The notes: a model not told the origin generated them from the letters alone. A stretch of 64,000 nt of DNA from Lingula anatina (GCA_051362555.1 CM120645.1:4154001-4218000), one strand, 5' to 3'; counted from the first letter of the stretch, positions 41,801 to 54,293 are shown. Program-made: numbers and translations.

Positions 41801-44201
41801 AAAACTATACATAATCTCTTGAGGCATATGGACGTAGAGAACAAGAACCGGCTTTGAAGAAGGCAATAGAAAGCATGGCGACCACATGTGAAGTACATGT
41901 AGCACTATTAATGGATCGCACGTGTAAACCATACCAGCACTACAATGCTCTTTAGTCTATCTACATTAAAGGAGAGGTTGTGATTTATGGAACGAACAAC
42001 AACAACAGTTATTTTACTACAATTTTAACTATTGGCAGATCCATCATATTTCCATCCAGTTCCAAACTAGAACCAATAGTTTTGAAGAAGTTATATGTTT
42101 TGCGTTATCTAATCATTTCTCTTTGTATCATACATCTGTTTTAAATTCTTCTTTGTCTTCTTTTTCATCTATAAAATCTCTTATAAACTATTTCCTTGAA
42201 GGCAATAACTAGCGTAGGCCTATCGATACCAAGGAAATAACCATGAACGCTGCTCCATGATGATAAGAAGGGGGTTGTGGTGGGGTGGAGAAACGACGCT
42301 AGGATCTTACTTTCTTAACGGAGCTTGCTCTCTCTCTTTCCACCTCTCTCTCTCTCTCTCTCTACCCCCCCCCCCCCCCCCCCCCAACCTATACCTCCTT
42401 GACACCCCTTTTCCCCGTGTATACGCCGTAATACTTGTATCCATCCATATGTGTTCTTGGTCACAGCTTTTGTTAACTAATTTCAAATATTTCGGTGACG
42501 ATGATTTACTGTAATGAATCCTTGCACGACACCTGAAGAGTCCCGCGGGTAACGATAATGGCATTTGTGAAACAATTCTTTCGTTGTCTAAAGCTTTAAC
42601 CCATATTGGGTCCAAGTAGACGGAAAAAATGAACTACTTCAAAGAAACTGGGGTGATTTAAGCTTATTTGTGTCTTTATTTCATTTGCATATGTCACTGA
42701 AAAATAACATAGTTTGGTTCTTTATTGCCTTGTCCAACCGTCCAAAGAAATGAACAGGAGCATGCATGTATTTTGACCGCATATTGCACAGATAAATGAT
42801 CTCTATTGTGTTTGCTTACAGTGAAGTTAATTATTGCCTGCCACTGTAGCTTTAAACCCTTGGAATGTCACTCTGTTACTTATGGTGTCCAATTAAATGA
42901 ATGTGGCACACGTTTCAAAGTATCAATCAGCCTACACATCCTGCAAAGCTTCTTATCTTTTCCCAATCCAGACAATAAAATCACTCACATCAAAGTAACA
43001 TATTTCCTCTTCAAATGTAGAGGAAGACGTGGCCATCTAGTTGACTGGCCTGTTGTTTAGAACAAAACAATTTAATTAAAAATGGTAAAAAGCATCCGAT
43101 CCCAACTGGAGGGACTGGTTGAGCAATGATTCGCAGGTAAATAGGAGAAAACTCAATTTCGCGGGAAAATTACGGCTTTGACGCCGTTAAATGATTATCT
43201 ATATGTCATTTGCAGAGAAATATTTCAATCATCAACAAGGATTCATATCACTGCATATTATTTATCTTTTTGATGATGATTACAATGCTTTTTTTCTTTG
43301 CTTTATCATTGCCTACGTCTAAAGTGAGGACATTGATGTTCGTTAATAGCGAGTCTCATGCCACACTTCAATCTCATTATTATCTCATGAAAATATAAAA
43401 TCTCAAACGTTGATTTGTGTCCCAGAAACCTGCAATCTAATACAAGTGACACCAAAACGTGAGTCGAACAAGCGCCTAAGGTCATAAAGATTACTGACAT
43501 GGGCGGTTCGCAACTCCGATGGGAGTTAACGGCCTTTCGGCACGAGGAGCACACCTATTCGTTACAGAATGACTTGGATAAAATCCATGCTATTGGAAAT
43601 CTAAACTATGCCAGTAGTTTTCCCTAACGAACTATATCCCTGATTTGTCTCCAACTTCTAGACAACTATAATGGCATAGGTCAGGTAGGCCTACTATCAT
43701 TTTCGAGACTGAGGAATGTCATTTCACCTGTTGGGCATACATATGCGAGTAACCAAGTCCCATCTACACCGATATTAACATCTTTGTAGAAGTACAATTT
43801 AATAAAATGTTGATCCATCAAAAGGGGACTTGTTTAGCATCATTTTGTGCTGTTACACGTATATGTGCCTTCCCAAGCGTCCTACATTAGCCCTTCGCGC
43901 GCGAGACATCCCTCGCTGTGTCTTCTTCGTCGATCACAAGCCGTTTATGACCTGTCAAACCACTTGACAGCGGCGGGACCTGAAAGTTCACGACTTGACT
44001 GGCATCGATGAACAGTGCATTCGCAGCTATTACACATCTAAATATGGTCTGTAGACAAAGATGTAGGTAGGAATCGAACAATGGCTTTGTTGTCTGGGGA
44101 AGCCGTCTGAAAAAAAAAAAGACAGTTCGAGATCGTATTTCAGAATGCAACTACTAGTAGCGTGTGAGTAAGCGATCTACAAGGCCTGATGACAGAAAAT
44201 T

Positions 44202-44242
<41 letters not shown>

Positions 44243-46132
44243 GCAGTGAAGTGACGGTGAAGATTACTCTGTTAAGTTCATCATTATCAATTTGCCATAT
44301 TTTCATCCGAGAAGATCCGCTTTTCAACAAATAGATAACAAAGAGGATTCAAGGTTTCCGTGACAGGGGCATTGTCTTCAGTATGATAATGATCCGTGTG
44401 ACAAGACATAAACAGAAAAACAAACCACCACCTTGCCCGATTATATTTGCCCCACTGTCATGACACTGCTTTATCGGCGACATTATTTGTCTAAGAATGA
44501 TGAAACAAAATAATGAATTATTGCATTCCGTATCAATATATTTATTTGATATTTAACCAAGCCCCGATGATATTGAGAGCGCGCATTTAGGGTATCTGCT
44601 TCGAATAATGGTATGACACATGCACTTGCAAATCATAATGCAATTTAGCGAACTCATTGCGATACATAGTAGATATGGATATATTATTCAAAGGGCATTT
44701 GGCTTACAAAAAGTGACTGTCCTATTGTCTTCATATTAACCTTTTGAGGTTTTGTCCAAATGCACGCCTGCATTCCTAATTACGGAAAGTAAGTGTTCAA
44801 TGAAATTGTATGTTCCACCTTTTATGAGGACATGTGTCTCGGTGATAAAGTATTGGAATTAGCTTTTTATACGGCGTTGTTATGACCCCCCCCCCCCCCC
44901 CCTCATGCCAAGACTGAACATGGTAAAATCAGGAGGTGGTCATACCGTATACACATTACACCCCAAATGACGCGCTCCAAAACGCCTGTAAATAACACAA
45001 AATGTCACCAGTAGTAAAGACATTGGGGGGTGGGGTGGGGGAAGGGTAGTGAAATGCGTAAGGGATGATGTTGGCATGCTTCGAAAAATAACACTCGAAA
45101 AGCAATGAGGTTCTTTTTCATAATTACAAAATGTTCACGCGTTGGTTGAGACAAAAAAAATTGTAAAAAGGTACATTGCACCGATGTGTTTCTGACACAT
45201 GATTCAAAGTTTACCAAGCCTTGGTGATTTGACAAATGTGCAACGGTCATTAGTGTCCATGTTACTCCAAACGTAGATTTTCTTGGAGGTGGCAATTTAA
45301 TGGTCCAGAGATGACAATACATGTAGTTTTGATTTAACGGAGTCGGTTATTACTTTTGTCTTTCTCCCAGCTGGTCAGGCGATTATCGTGACAAAGTTCA
45401 TATTTCATTTAATATACTGCAACAGCTAATCTTAAGGGTAAACAGGGTAGAGATGTGAGTTTTGTAACCCCGTCTTTTTTTATTATACAATATGATAAAT
45501 CGCTGTGATGTCCGAACAAGTATGACCGTTGCTTGTTTTCTTTTGAGTCTAGTAATGAATGGGTTTTGTGGAGAGCACGCAAATCAAAGGTTGTTTCATA
45601 AGGGGGTCGTTATTGATTGACGATGTAAGAGTTTGCGGCAGAAGCAGATGGCTCAGTTCCTTGCTTCTTTTTCTACTATTAGAACTCACTGCAGTAATTT
45701 TTTTAATTTGAAAAATGTTGCTTTTTCTTCGGTGAAAAAGATGTGTCTAAATAAAAAATGTATATACTAGTATAATTCACCTGATTTACAATTAAAACGC
45801 AAGCAGGGAATCGATAGATTCCTGGAAACAACTGGAATATTGCAGTTGAAAGCAAAATGGGCGACATTTTTTGTCATGATTCAGTGCAGCGGAAAGGCGG
45901 TGGTCTCCTACCCTAACAGGAACTAACAGAATGGTCAATAGTCGACTTTGTTACTGTCAGTAAATGGATAATTTTTACACTGCCTTTTTACTAAGGCGAT
46001 TACCAAAACAGTTGGTCAGATATACTGTATGAGTATAAAGATCGACTAAAAGCAAAAACGACAATCGAGGTCGCTGAGCGCCCAAGACAGGACCAAGTGT
46101 TGTTCCCTGACCACATGTCAATTCATTGTCCA

Positions 46133-46161
46133 TCGTCACGCGAGTTGTGGACACTATATAA
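46133..46161 (+). promoter_or_regulatory. Promoter of secreted YYP gene A: TCGTCACGC + TATATAA
   Basis: TATATAA at 46155-46161, ~45 bp before the ATG; the same motif pair precedes paralog B. Confidence 0.7.
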
Positions 46162-46202
46162 CTGAGCTGACCAACGCAGTGCTTGTTACTCAGCCTGCCA
46201 AG

Positions 46203-46384
46203 ATGTTGAAACTTGTGTGTCTTGTGGCCCTAATTGCGGTGGCTTGCGCCATTCCAGGTACGGATTACTACCCCCACCCTGACGGCTCCCCACGCCTTGT
46301 CTACTACCCTGATGGCTACAAAGGTCCATCCAGCTATGGCACTGGGATTACACTGAGGAGATACGCTGGCGTCACTAACTTTAA
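46203..46384 (+). CDS. Secreted Tyr/Gly/Pro-rich peptide gene A, exon 1 (signal peptide + YYP domain)
   Basis: MLKLVCLVALIAVACA-IPGTDYYP...RLVYYPDGYKGP; AA|gtgagt phase-2 donor; paralogous to 48477. Confidence 0.85.
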
Positions 46385-46710
46385 GTGAGTATTCCATCTC
46401 TGAAATGATTCTTCTGTTGCCAGGTATCCATAGCTGCTTTTAAAAGGTTCATGTTCGACTCTCTTGAAAAGTTTCTTTACTCGCTTTCATATCCTTCACA
46501 GTCTTCTCCTTATTTTCCATCTCTTTATTTGGAGATGTGAGGCAGAGCAATGTCCTTAAAACGTCATAGTAGTGCATTGACGCCGAGAAAGTTGAAAAAA
46601 ACTTCCTGTATCTTATGTCCTTGGTGAACACAGGAATATGTTAATTGAATCACTGATTCCTTGATTTAAAAAAAAGGCGCAAGGAACATAATACACACTG
46701 CCATTTGAAA

Positions 46711-46982
46711 GGTCTTGTCACACCAAGTGCGTAGCACTAACGTATGAGAAAAATTCCCCATACGCAGAAAAGCGCCAAACATACGGCGTATACGCCTGGA
46801 GTGCGCAGGCAAACAAGGGTGTACGATCGCATACGCGGAGGGAGATAAAATGTTTTGAGCATGTTTGAAAACAATTTCATAGGCTGAAAACACTATGATT
46901 TCATACTCTCAAAGCTGTGCGTTTGACCGATTTCACGCACGATACTCATACGTACCTTTATACACTAGAGTGTGACAGAGCC
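46711..46982. mobile_element. MITE (TIR GGxxxTGTCACAC) in the gene A intron
   Basis: GGTCTTGTCACAC...GTGTGACAGAGCC, with internal CGTATGAG/CTCATACG inversion. Confidence 0.6.
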
Positions 46983-47155
46983 TTTAGATTGATATAGTAG
47001 GACATATCGATGCTTACGGATATGTTTGATTTTCATAGTTTTACACAAGTATCTATCAGTTCAGCGAGTGGTATAAGGGTACTTTTATGTGGTTTATTTT
47101 TAACAAAATCTATGACGCTCTCATGTCTGGCATTCATACTTTCTTACTCCTTCAG

Positions 47156-47159
47156 TTAG
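47156..47159 (+). CDS. Gene A probable last exon (completes Asn, then TAG); 3' UTR to AATAAA at 47476
   Basis: Strong pyrimidine tract ttcttactccttcag|T TAG gives a 61-aa product ending ...VTNFN. Confidence 0.5.
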
Positions 47160-48409
47160 ACGGCTGTATACCAACCGGTTACGCCACCAAACGGTTCGAC
47201 AAAACGCAAACTTGTATGTTAAATGCGCTTTATTTTGTAGTTTCATTATTACTTGTCAGTGGCTTTATCAGTTGGTGTTGCCAAAGGCACATGATGAACG
47301 GCATTGTTGGTTTAGTGAAGTTACTGATTTCCACATATCTGTTAAAATTTTGATGTTTTCTAAAATACCCGACCTGCTCAATATTGCATTACATTTTTTC
47401 CGCCACGGAATCACCTAGTATTCAGTTTAAATTTGAGTTTAAACGATGAGATGAGATGAGATGGCCCTTAAAGATAATAAATGTCATTTTAGTAATGTAC
47501 ACCTGCCTGTTATATCAGTGCCACTTTTGTTCAAAAAGCCCATTATTAATTTTTTTTCGTCTTCAGTTTTTTATGAAAACCTCTCTGTTTATTCTCAGTC
47601 AACCAATCTTCACACCAATTTAGAGAAGTTAATTAGGGACTTCCAAATAAACGAAGTGTTCTGAAAAAAAAAACTCTGATAAATTCTAAAGACCCCTCCC
47701 CCCTTGTGTTAAATGCTCTTTGAATCAAAACTTGATGATATGAAACAAAATATTTCTAAATTCACTCAACTGCTCATGTTGTAGAACATCGGGCGTTCTT
47801 TCTTAATTGTTCTCTGGGTGTCCGGTCACGCCCTGCGACCTGTGAGTTCTTGGTGCGTTGCCTGATCACCCACCATCACAGGACGGGATTGCGGTTGCAG
47901 AGAGAAGTTGCAATTATTTCCCCCAATTTAATGTACACTATCGCGCAATCCGTTCTTTAAGAACTCATACAACCATATCAGTTAAATGGATTTGATGCTG
48001 GCTTTCCACCACTTCGTAATTCCTAAATTGAAACAAAACTGCAAGAAGTTACATGACTTAAAATGCAATTTTACAAAAATGAGTCACCGTTGAAACTGAA
48101 CACAGACCTTGTCTTTTCCGAGTAAATGAAGTGGCTATGGCTAAAAATGATTCATCAACATTTTAAGACTAACTTCAGATAAGAAATATAAGCTACAAGA
48201 TTACACCTATTTCACTGAATGGTTGAGAAATTTAAACAGTTTTATTCACATTTCCCGCCAAGTGCATTATAATGATATCAACAGCCCCAGAGAGTTAAAA
48301 AATAAAATAAAAAATAAAAAATAAAAAAAAACAGGCAGCAGTGTTCTTGATAGTCTACGATTAATGTTTTCTAATATCATGCAATCCTACGTCCTAATAT
48401 TAACAGCAC

Positions 48410-48437
48410 TCGTCACGCAACCCCATGTAGTATATAA
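48410..48437 (+). promoter_or_regulatory. Promoter of secreted YYP gene B: TCGTCACGC + TATATAA
   Basis: Same motifs and spacing (21 vs 22 bp) as gene A. Confidence 0.7.
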
Positions 48438-48476
48438 GGCTCCAGCATTGAAAGAACCCGTGCGGTAAAACCCAAA

Positions 48477-48667
48477 ATGTTGAAACTCGCGCTGTGCTTT
48501 GTTGCCGTCCTTGCCGTGGCCCTTGCCATCCCGGGCACTCTCTACTACCCGGATGAGACTGGCGCACAACGCCTGGTTTACTACCCTCGAGGCTACAGAG
48601 GTCCGCAAGATTACGGTAGTGGGATACGTCTAAGCCCTGCAATATCTGCCTTGGTTAGGGACTACAA
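48477..48667 (+). CDS. Secreted YYP gene B, exon 1 (signal peptide + YYP domain)
   Basis: MLKLALCFVAVLAVALA-IPGTLYYP...RLVYYPRGYRGP; AA|gtgagt phase-2 donor. Confidence 0.88.
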
Positions 48668-50552
48668 GTGAGTATACCTAACAAGTGTATTCGCGTGCTT
48701 AACGTTCTTACCGTTGACACTAAAAACGCCGTGTTCTCCCATGCAAAAACATAGATTTTTCAATCTTCATCAAATGCCGATTAGAAATTTTGATAGCTGG
48801 ATTAAGTTTGATCGACAATAGTTATTTTGCCCAGCAGAGACAAAGGTTTAGGTATTATTGGACTGCAAGTTATAACTCGATCCAGACACGGTATGTGAAG
48901 CAATTAGCTACAGAGATCATTCCATCGTGAAGAGAAATTATCCTTTGTTGTTCTGAATGTGTAAATTAGCATCATGCTGCTTTAATTAAATCATAATCAC
49001 GCTATTTCAATTAATTACCCCTGGATTGACGTGTTTTAATCTCGCATGACGTCACTAAGTGCCAACAGTCTTGTTTAAGGCGGTTATGACGTCATTCTGT
49101 ACCGACAGTCTCGTTTTAGGCGTTTATGACGTCACTTAGTGCTGGACATCTACGAAGATCAACACTGAATAATATTGCCAATAATAATAATAATTCATTA
49201 CCGTCTCTGGTCATTATAAGCCTCGGTGCAAGATCAGAATTATGATGCTTTGAAATCTTAGTTAAAATATATAAGGGTCCAGCTTAGTAACATAAAGTCT
49301 TGTCATTGGTGATCATCATATGGAAAACGCATTTATATAAAAACCTGAATTCACAAATAAGGCGAAGTAGTGACTCGAGACAATAAACCGTTTAAATTCC
49401 TTTCATTAATTTTAACATAAATTCTGCATCTGTTCTATGAGATATAGTTCGAAGGAATGGATGTGTAGATGGATTTTCTCAACGTTAGTACAGATAGGCA
49501 GTCTGTTTGACTGCCTATCATCCCGGTTTACCCCCTGGTTTATTTGACTGCCCGTTTGGCTGTTTGTCTTCAGGGACGTCATTCTCAATCTTTCCCATCT
49601 GCTGTCTGACATGCGAATCGCTAAAGTTGGTCTTAAACCCAATATCAAGCTGCACAAGGTTGTCATAAGAATTGCGAATCAAATACTTACCAATTTCTTC
49701 CTCACATAAAAATCATTTTAAAATGAATTACACATATTCATCACTTTAACATGCTAAATGCGTGCTTTAAAGCGATTATCTTTCTGCATGAAAATCTCAG
49801 GCCTATGAGAAAAGTGATCTGTAAGCTGAGTGATCATAATGAGATTTTTTCTTCCGTTTAAGAACAACAAGTGTTGTTCTCTAAGTCATGAAAGAAAGAA
49901 AGCTTTGTTTGTTGAAATGTCTGATATTGTGCAATAACGACCCAACCCCCCTTTCTTCATTACAGGTTCCATCGAAATAATTGAAACATTTATCTTGAAG
50001 GTTAAATATTTCGGTAAAACCGCTTTGACGGCATTTGAGACACTTATTTCATTAATACCATAACATGTTTGTCATAAAACGATTCTTGTTGATTTTGTTT
50101 TTATTTTCATCTTTAAACGACTAAATTCATCTTGTTAAAATTTCTTTCATTTTCAACAAACGCTTGTTTTAAATGATTTTGTCACAGTCCGTGCACTAAA
50201 GCAGAGTTATTCTAGACACGAAAAATAATAATCGGAACCGGAAGGTAGGTTACTCAGGACAGTGCGCATGTCCCAATCCTCGGATTAACAAAAACATCGT
50301 TAAGCTTTGGATACCAGTCAGTTTCTGTCAGTTCTTACTTCACATCAGAATCACGCAGAAAAAAAAAACGTCTGTCAGAACAATGTTGCAAATTTTTATT
50401 TAAAAATCTGCAAGTCAGAACGAGACCAAAATAGTATCCAGCACAACCCTTAATGTATTAGCTACTTCTTTAGTGTCGTTTTGACTATACAATGCAAAAA
50501 CCTCATGTAACTGCAATATTCATGCATCTTGATATGTTTCAATCTATTCCAG

Positions 50553-50619
50553 TGCTCCACCTCCAGCAGGTGCCGTTGAGACCGACCCACAACCCCCTCC
50601 TCGACGCCCATATCGCAGG
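50553..50619 (+). CDS. Gene B alternative exon 2a (N-APPPAGAVETDPQPPPRRPYRR)
   Basis: ttccag|T GCT CCA CCT fits phase 2; start paralogous to exon 2b; phase-0 gtaatg donor. Confidence 0.7.
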
Positions 50620-50658
50620 GTAATGACGTTTATAAATGTATCCACAATATCGTTTCAG

Positions 50659-52111
50659 TGCTCCACCACCTGCTGGGGCTATTGAGTCTGATGCTGGTGC
50701 TGCTGACCGCGCCAAGGCTGCTGCTGACGCCCGCGCCCGCGCCCAAGCTGAGGCTGCAAGACGTGCTCAAGCCCAAGCTGAGGCTGAAAGGCGCGCTCAA
50801 GCCCAGGCTGAGGCTGAGGCCCGTGCCCGTGCCCAGGCTGAAGCTGAAAGACGTGCTCAAGCACAGGCTGAGGCTGAAGCCCGTGCTCGCGCCCAAGCTG
50901 AGGCCGAAGCCCGTGCTCGTGCCCAGGCTGAGGCTGAAGCCCGTGCTCGTGCTCAGGCTGAGGCTGAAGCCCGTGCCCGCGCCCAAGCCGAGGCTGAAGC
51001 CCGTGCCCGCGCCCAAGCCGAGGCTGAAGCCCGTGCCCGCGCCCAAGCCGAGGCTGAAGCCCGTGCACGTGCTCAAGCTGAGGCTGAAGCCCGTGCCCGC
51101 GCCCAAGCCGAGGCTGAAGCCCGTGCTCGTGCCCAAGCCGAAGCTGAAAGACGCGCTCAAGAACAGGCTGCTGCTGAGGCTCGTGCCCGTGCTCAAGCTG
51201 AAGCTGAGGCTCGTGCTCGTGCCCAAGCTGAGGCTGAAGCCCGTGCTGCTGCTGAGGCCCGAGCTCGTGCACAAGCTGAGGCTCAGGCTCGTGCTGAGGC
51301 CAACGCACGTGCCGCTGCTGCTGCTCAGGCTGCTGCCGAAAATGCTGCCGCTCGTGCCCATGCTCAGGAAGCTGAATCTGGTCGTCTGTCTGGTGTGGCT
51401 GCTGCTGCTACCGATGCTGCCAATGCTGCCTTTGCCACATACGAGGCCAAGAAAGCCCAGTCTGACAGGGAAGCTGAGACCGCCGCCGCCGCTGCTGCTG
51501 CTGCTGATCGTGCCGAAGCTGCTGCCCAAGCCTCCAATCAAGCCAAAGACGATGCTGTTGCAAGAGCTGCCGCCGCTGCCAGTGCTGCTGACGAGGCTGC
51601 CACCGCTGCTGAAGCTGCTGCCGAGAAATACAACACTGCTAAAGCAGCCGCCGACGATGCTACATCCCGTGCTACTGAAGCTGCCGAGCTCTCCAGCAGT
51701 GCAGCCGCGGCCGCAGAGACCGCCAAAGCCGCCAAGACTGACGCCACCGCCAGAGCTGCTCAGCTCGCTGAGGCCGCCGCTGAAGCTCTTAGAGCTTCCC
51801 AACAAGCAGCAGGTGCCTACCACGCAGCCAAAGACGAGAAGGCTTCCCTTGTTGCCAAATCTAATGCAATTGATGCCCAGAGAGATGCCGAAGCTGCATC
51901 CAGACTGAATGTTAATATCTCCCGGCAGCGCGAAATTGCTGCCGCCCGTGCACGTGCTGCAGAGAGAGCACGTGCTCAGGCCGAGGCTGACGCTAGAGCC
52001 GCCGCTGCTGAAGCTGCTGCACGTGCTGCCGAAAGAGCCGCCGCTGCTGCTGCTGACTATTATAGAAGATTTTCTTTCCGTGGCTACTACGGAAAGGCGC
52101 CTTACTACTAA
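50659..52111 (+). CDS. Gene B alternative terminal exon 2b: Ala-rich repeat protein (547 aa with exon 1)
   Basis: tttcag|T GCT CCA CCA fits phase 2; variation between repeats is mostly synonymous in this frame; ends [18 protein letters not shown]; ATTAAA at 52240. Confidence 0.9.
50727..51300 (+). repeat. Coding 30-bp tandem repeat (~17 units, [10 protein letters not shown] / [10 protein letters not shown])
   Basis: The 30-nt period is directly visible. Confidence 0.95.
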
Positions 52112-52436
52112 ATATGGGGTAGGGGCATTTGTGGCGCGGGAGGGATTTTAGGTAACGGATTGAAACATAATTTTTCGTAAAGCGACTATTTTGGCCTCCT
52201 CAGTTTTGAAGAAACTACCTAGATGATGAACGTTTATTTATTAAATGTAAATACTAACAACCTCTAATCCATAAAGCATTGCGTTTACTCTATTTATTTT
52301 GTCTTAAGTCAAATGCGATTGATCTTTAAAAAACGATTTACTTTTTTACAGTCATTGTTTAGAGACATATCAGATCAACATCACCGCCTTCTTTCTATCC
52401 TGTCTCTATATTTGTCTTTTCGTTCAACATTTTCAG

Positions 52437-52454
52437 AGGTACCGCTACTACTAG
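52437..52454 (+). CDS. Gene B exon 3 for the short isoform (RYRYY*)
   Basis: Long pyrimidine tract + tttcag|AGG TAC CGC TAC TAC TAG; phase 0 matches exon 2a; AATAAA at ~52591. Confidence 0.7.
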   Translation, partial: RYRYY

Positions 52455-53961
52455 ATGGCGTGACGGTCGACTTAAAACACTGCGAGATGAAGGGATCCAA
52501 CAGACTACCCGTCTCAATGTCATGGTGTTTTAACGTCATATCTTAACAAAGGCATTCTCACATTTTATCAGTTGTGATATCAGGATGCAAAATAAAATCT
52601 CTTATTGGTGTATTTAATATGTCACGAATTTGTTTTATTTATTATATATTTTTTCGCGTTTAAATGCACATTTTATATCTGCTGTAGGCATATTTATCAC
52701 CTCACTGAGTAAAATTGACCGGCTTGGCTTGTTGAAAGACGTGGAACATGGGATGATATCTAAATTCCCTTTAGCCTCAATAAGAGTGCTTCCGATATAA
52801 GAATTGCATGCTTTGGAAAGGCAATACATGTCAGGGACATCAAACATACATATAAAGCAAGCGTGGATTTCCATGGCCAGTAACTCATATGTATAGTTAC
52901 GCGCGCAATTGCAGACTTTTCCAAATGAGACTGTTGAGGTATTTTTTATAGCACAGAGAGGATGCAGAAAAAGTTCGTTCATACTTCATTTTTCGTGAAA
53001 TATTAAACGATGCCCTTTGGTTTTACTCTAGGTTATAATTTTTGAAACTTTATGGTGGCGTTCGGTCGGATTTTGTGGCAAGAATTTGACTTTAAATGCA
53101 TTTTAAACAGAGTGTGAAAAAAATGAAAAAGAAAATTGAAAACAATCTCGAACGGTACCCTATCTCTATAATGGTAATTTCTCTGAAAAAAAAGAAAATT
53201 GCAGAACAATGAGACCGCAATAATGCCCAAAATATTTTGTCTCTAAGAAATATTCACAGTTTAAATTGGGTAATTACAATTCACTTAATTCATCTTTCAG
53301 CCTACGACCTCTACCGGTGGACCTTGCTTACAAAACGTAAAAACTCACCAATGTAACTTTGTCCTTGACCATATTGAGATGTCCTATTACGACAAATCAG
53401 CAAAAACATCATTCAATATTTTTCCGACGTGCTTAGCCCTATAAATATTAAATATTTGCAATAGAAATAGCAATGACAATAACGAAAATGAGATAAAACA
53501 TCGGTTAGATGGAAGGGTCATGCCATCTTTTAAAGCTTTCATATCAAAATAACAGGATTCACGATTGCTGAAAAAACGATGGACGTTACGGTTTTTCGCA
53601 CATGATGTTTTGCTATTCCTCCATACCTTCCTCACTTCACTACTATGTTTGGTTATTCCGCTAATAAAAATAGATTGAGATCAAACGAAAAAGGCATATA
53701 TAACTGTTCGGACGGGAGATAAGTTATGGACTAGTTCTAAGAATACAGCATTACTTAAAAAATTAGTTCTAGTTGACTAACACTGGCAATCTTGTTTCTT
53801 TTTTATTTTATTGTTATTTTTTACTTGCAAAAGGACCTACACATATATTTATAAATAATTGATAGAGATCTCATTTGAAGGATAAACGCTGTTCAAGGAT
53901 ATTTGTAAATAAAATGATTACGAATGTACTTCCCAGAGAGAGGAGAACGAAAATACTGGAA

Positions 53962-54293
53962 CAAACTAGAGAAGCCCTAACAGAGTGCGCAGACCTCCGC
54001 CAAGGACGATGCACTGATCAATACATTGTGGTAGTTGAGAGGACATCCATTGCACAAGGTTAAGATAATCGGCCCTATCTCACAACTGTGTTCAGATTCC
54101 TTTAAGCATTCTTGGATCTAGATGAGGATCCGGATCGCGAATTACAAATTCTATGATCACATTTAGGTTAGTCCATTACTGACCTATCCAGCAAATTTCA
54201 TCAAAATCCATCCATAGCCTTTTGAGTAAGCCTGGTAACAGACCAATACAGACAAAAGGAAGTGAAATCATAGCATCCTTGGTGTCTATAACA
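53962..54293. mobile_element. Helentron/DINE-like non-autonomous element
   Basis: AAACTAGA head, CCGCCAAGG ... CCTTGG subterminal inverted motif, ACAGAC microsatellite-like tail. Confidence 0.45.

Noticed and set aside
43887-44107. Minus-strand open segment after a strong T-tract/AG acceptor
   Set aside because: No recognisable protein and no partner exon found; could be a UTR exon
46385-46423. Nearby acceptor after gene A exon 1 (would give ...FKYP*)
   Set aside because: A 39-nt intron is implausibly short; the acceptor at 47155 is stronger
50636-50658. ATG start MYPQYRFS of the 491-aa ORF
   Set aside because: No signal peptide, and it overlaps a good acceptor that fits exon 1 in phase; probably intronic unless there is an assembly indel
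50630-51908. Overlapping long ORFs in other frames and strands (397, 416 and 209 aa)
   Set aside because: Shadows of the GC-rich, stop-poor Ala repeat; third-position variation favours the Ala frame
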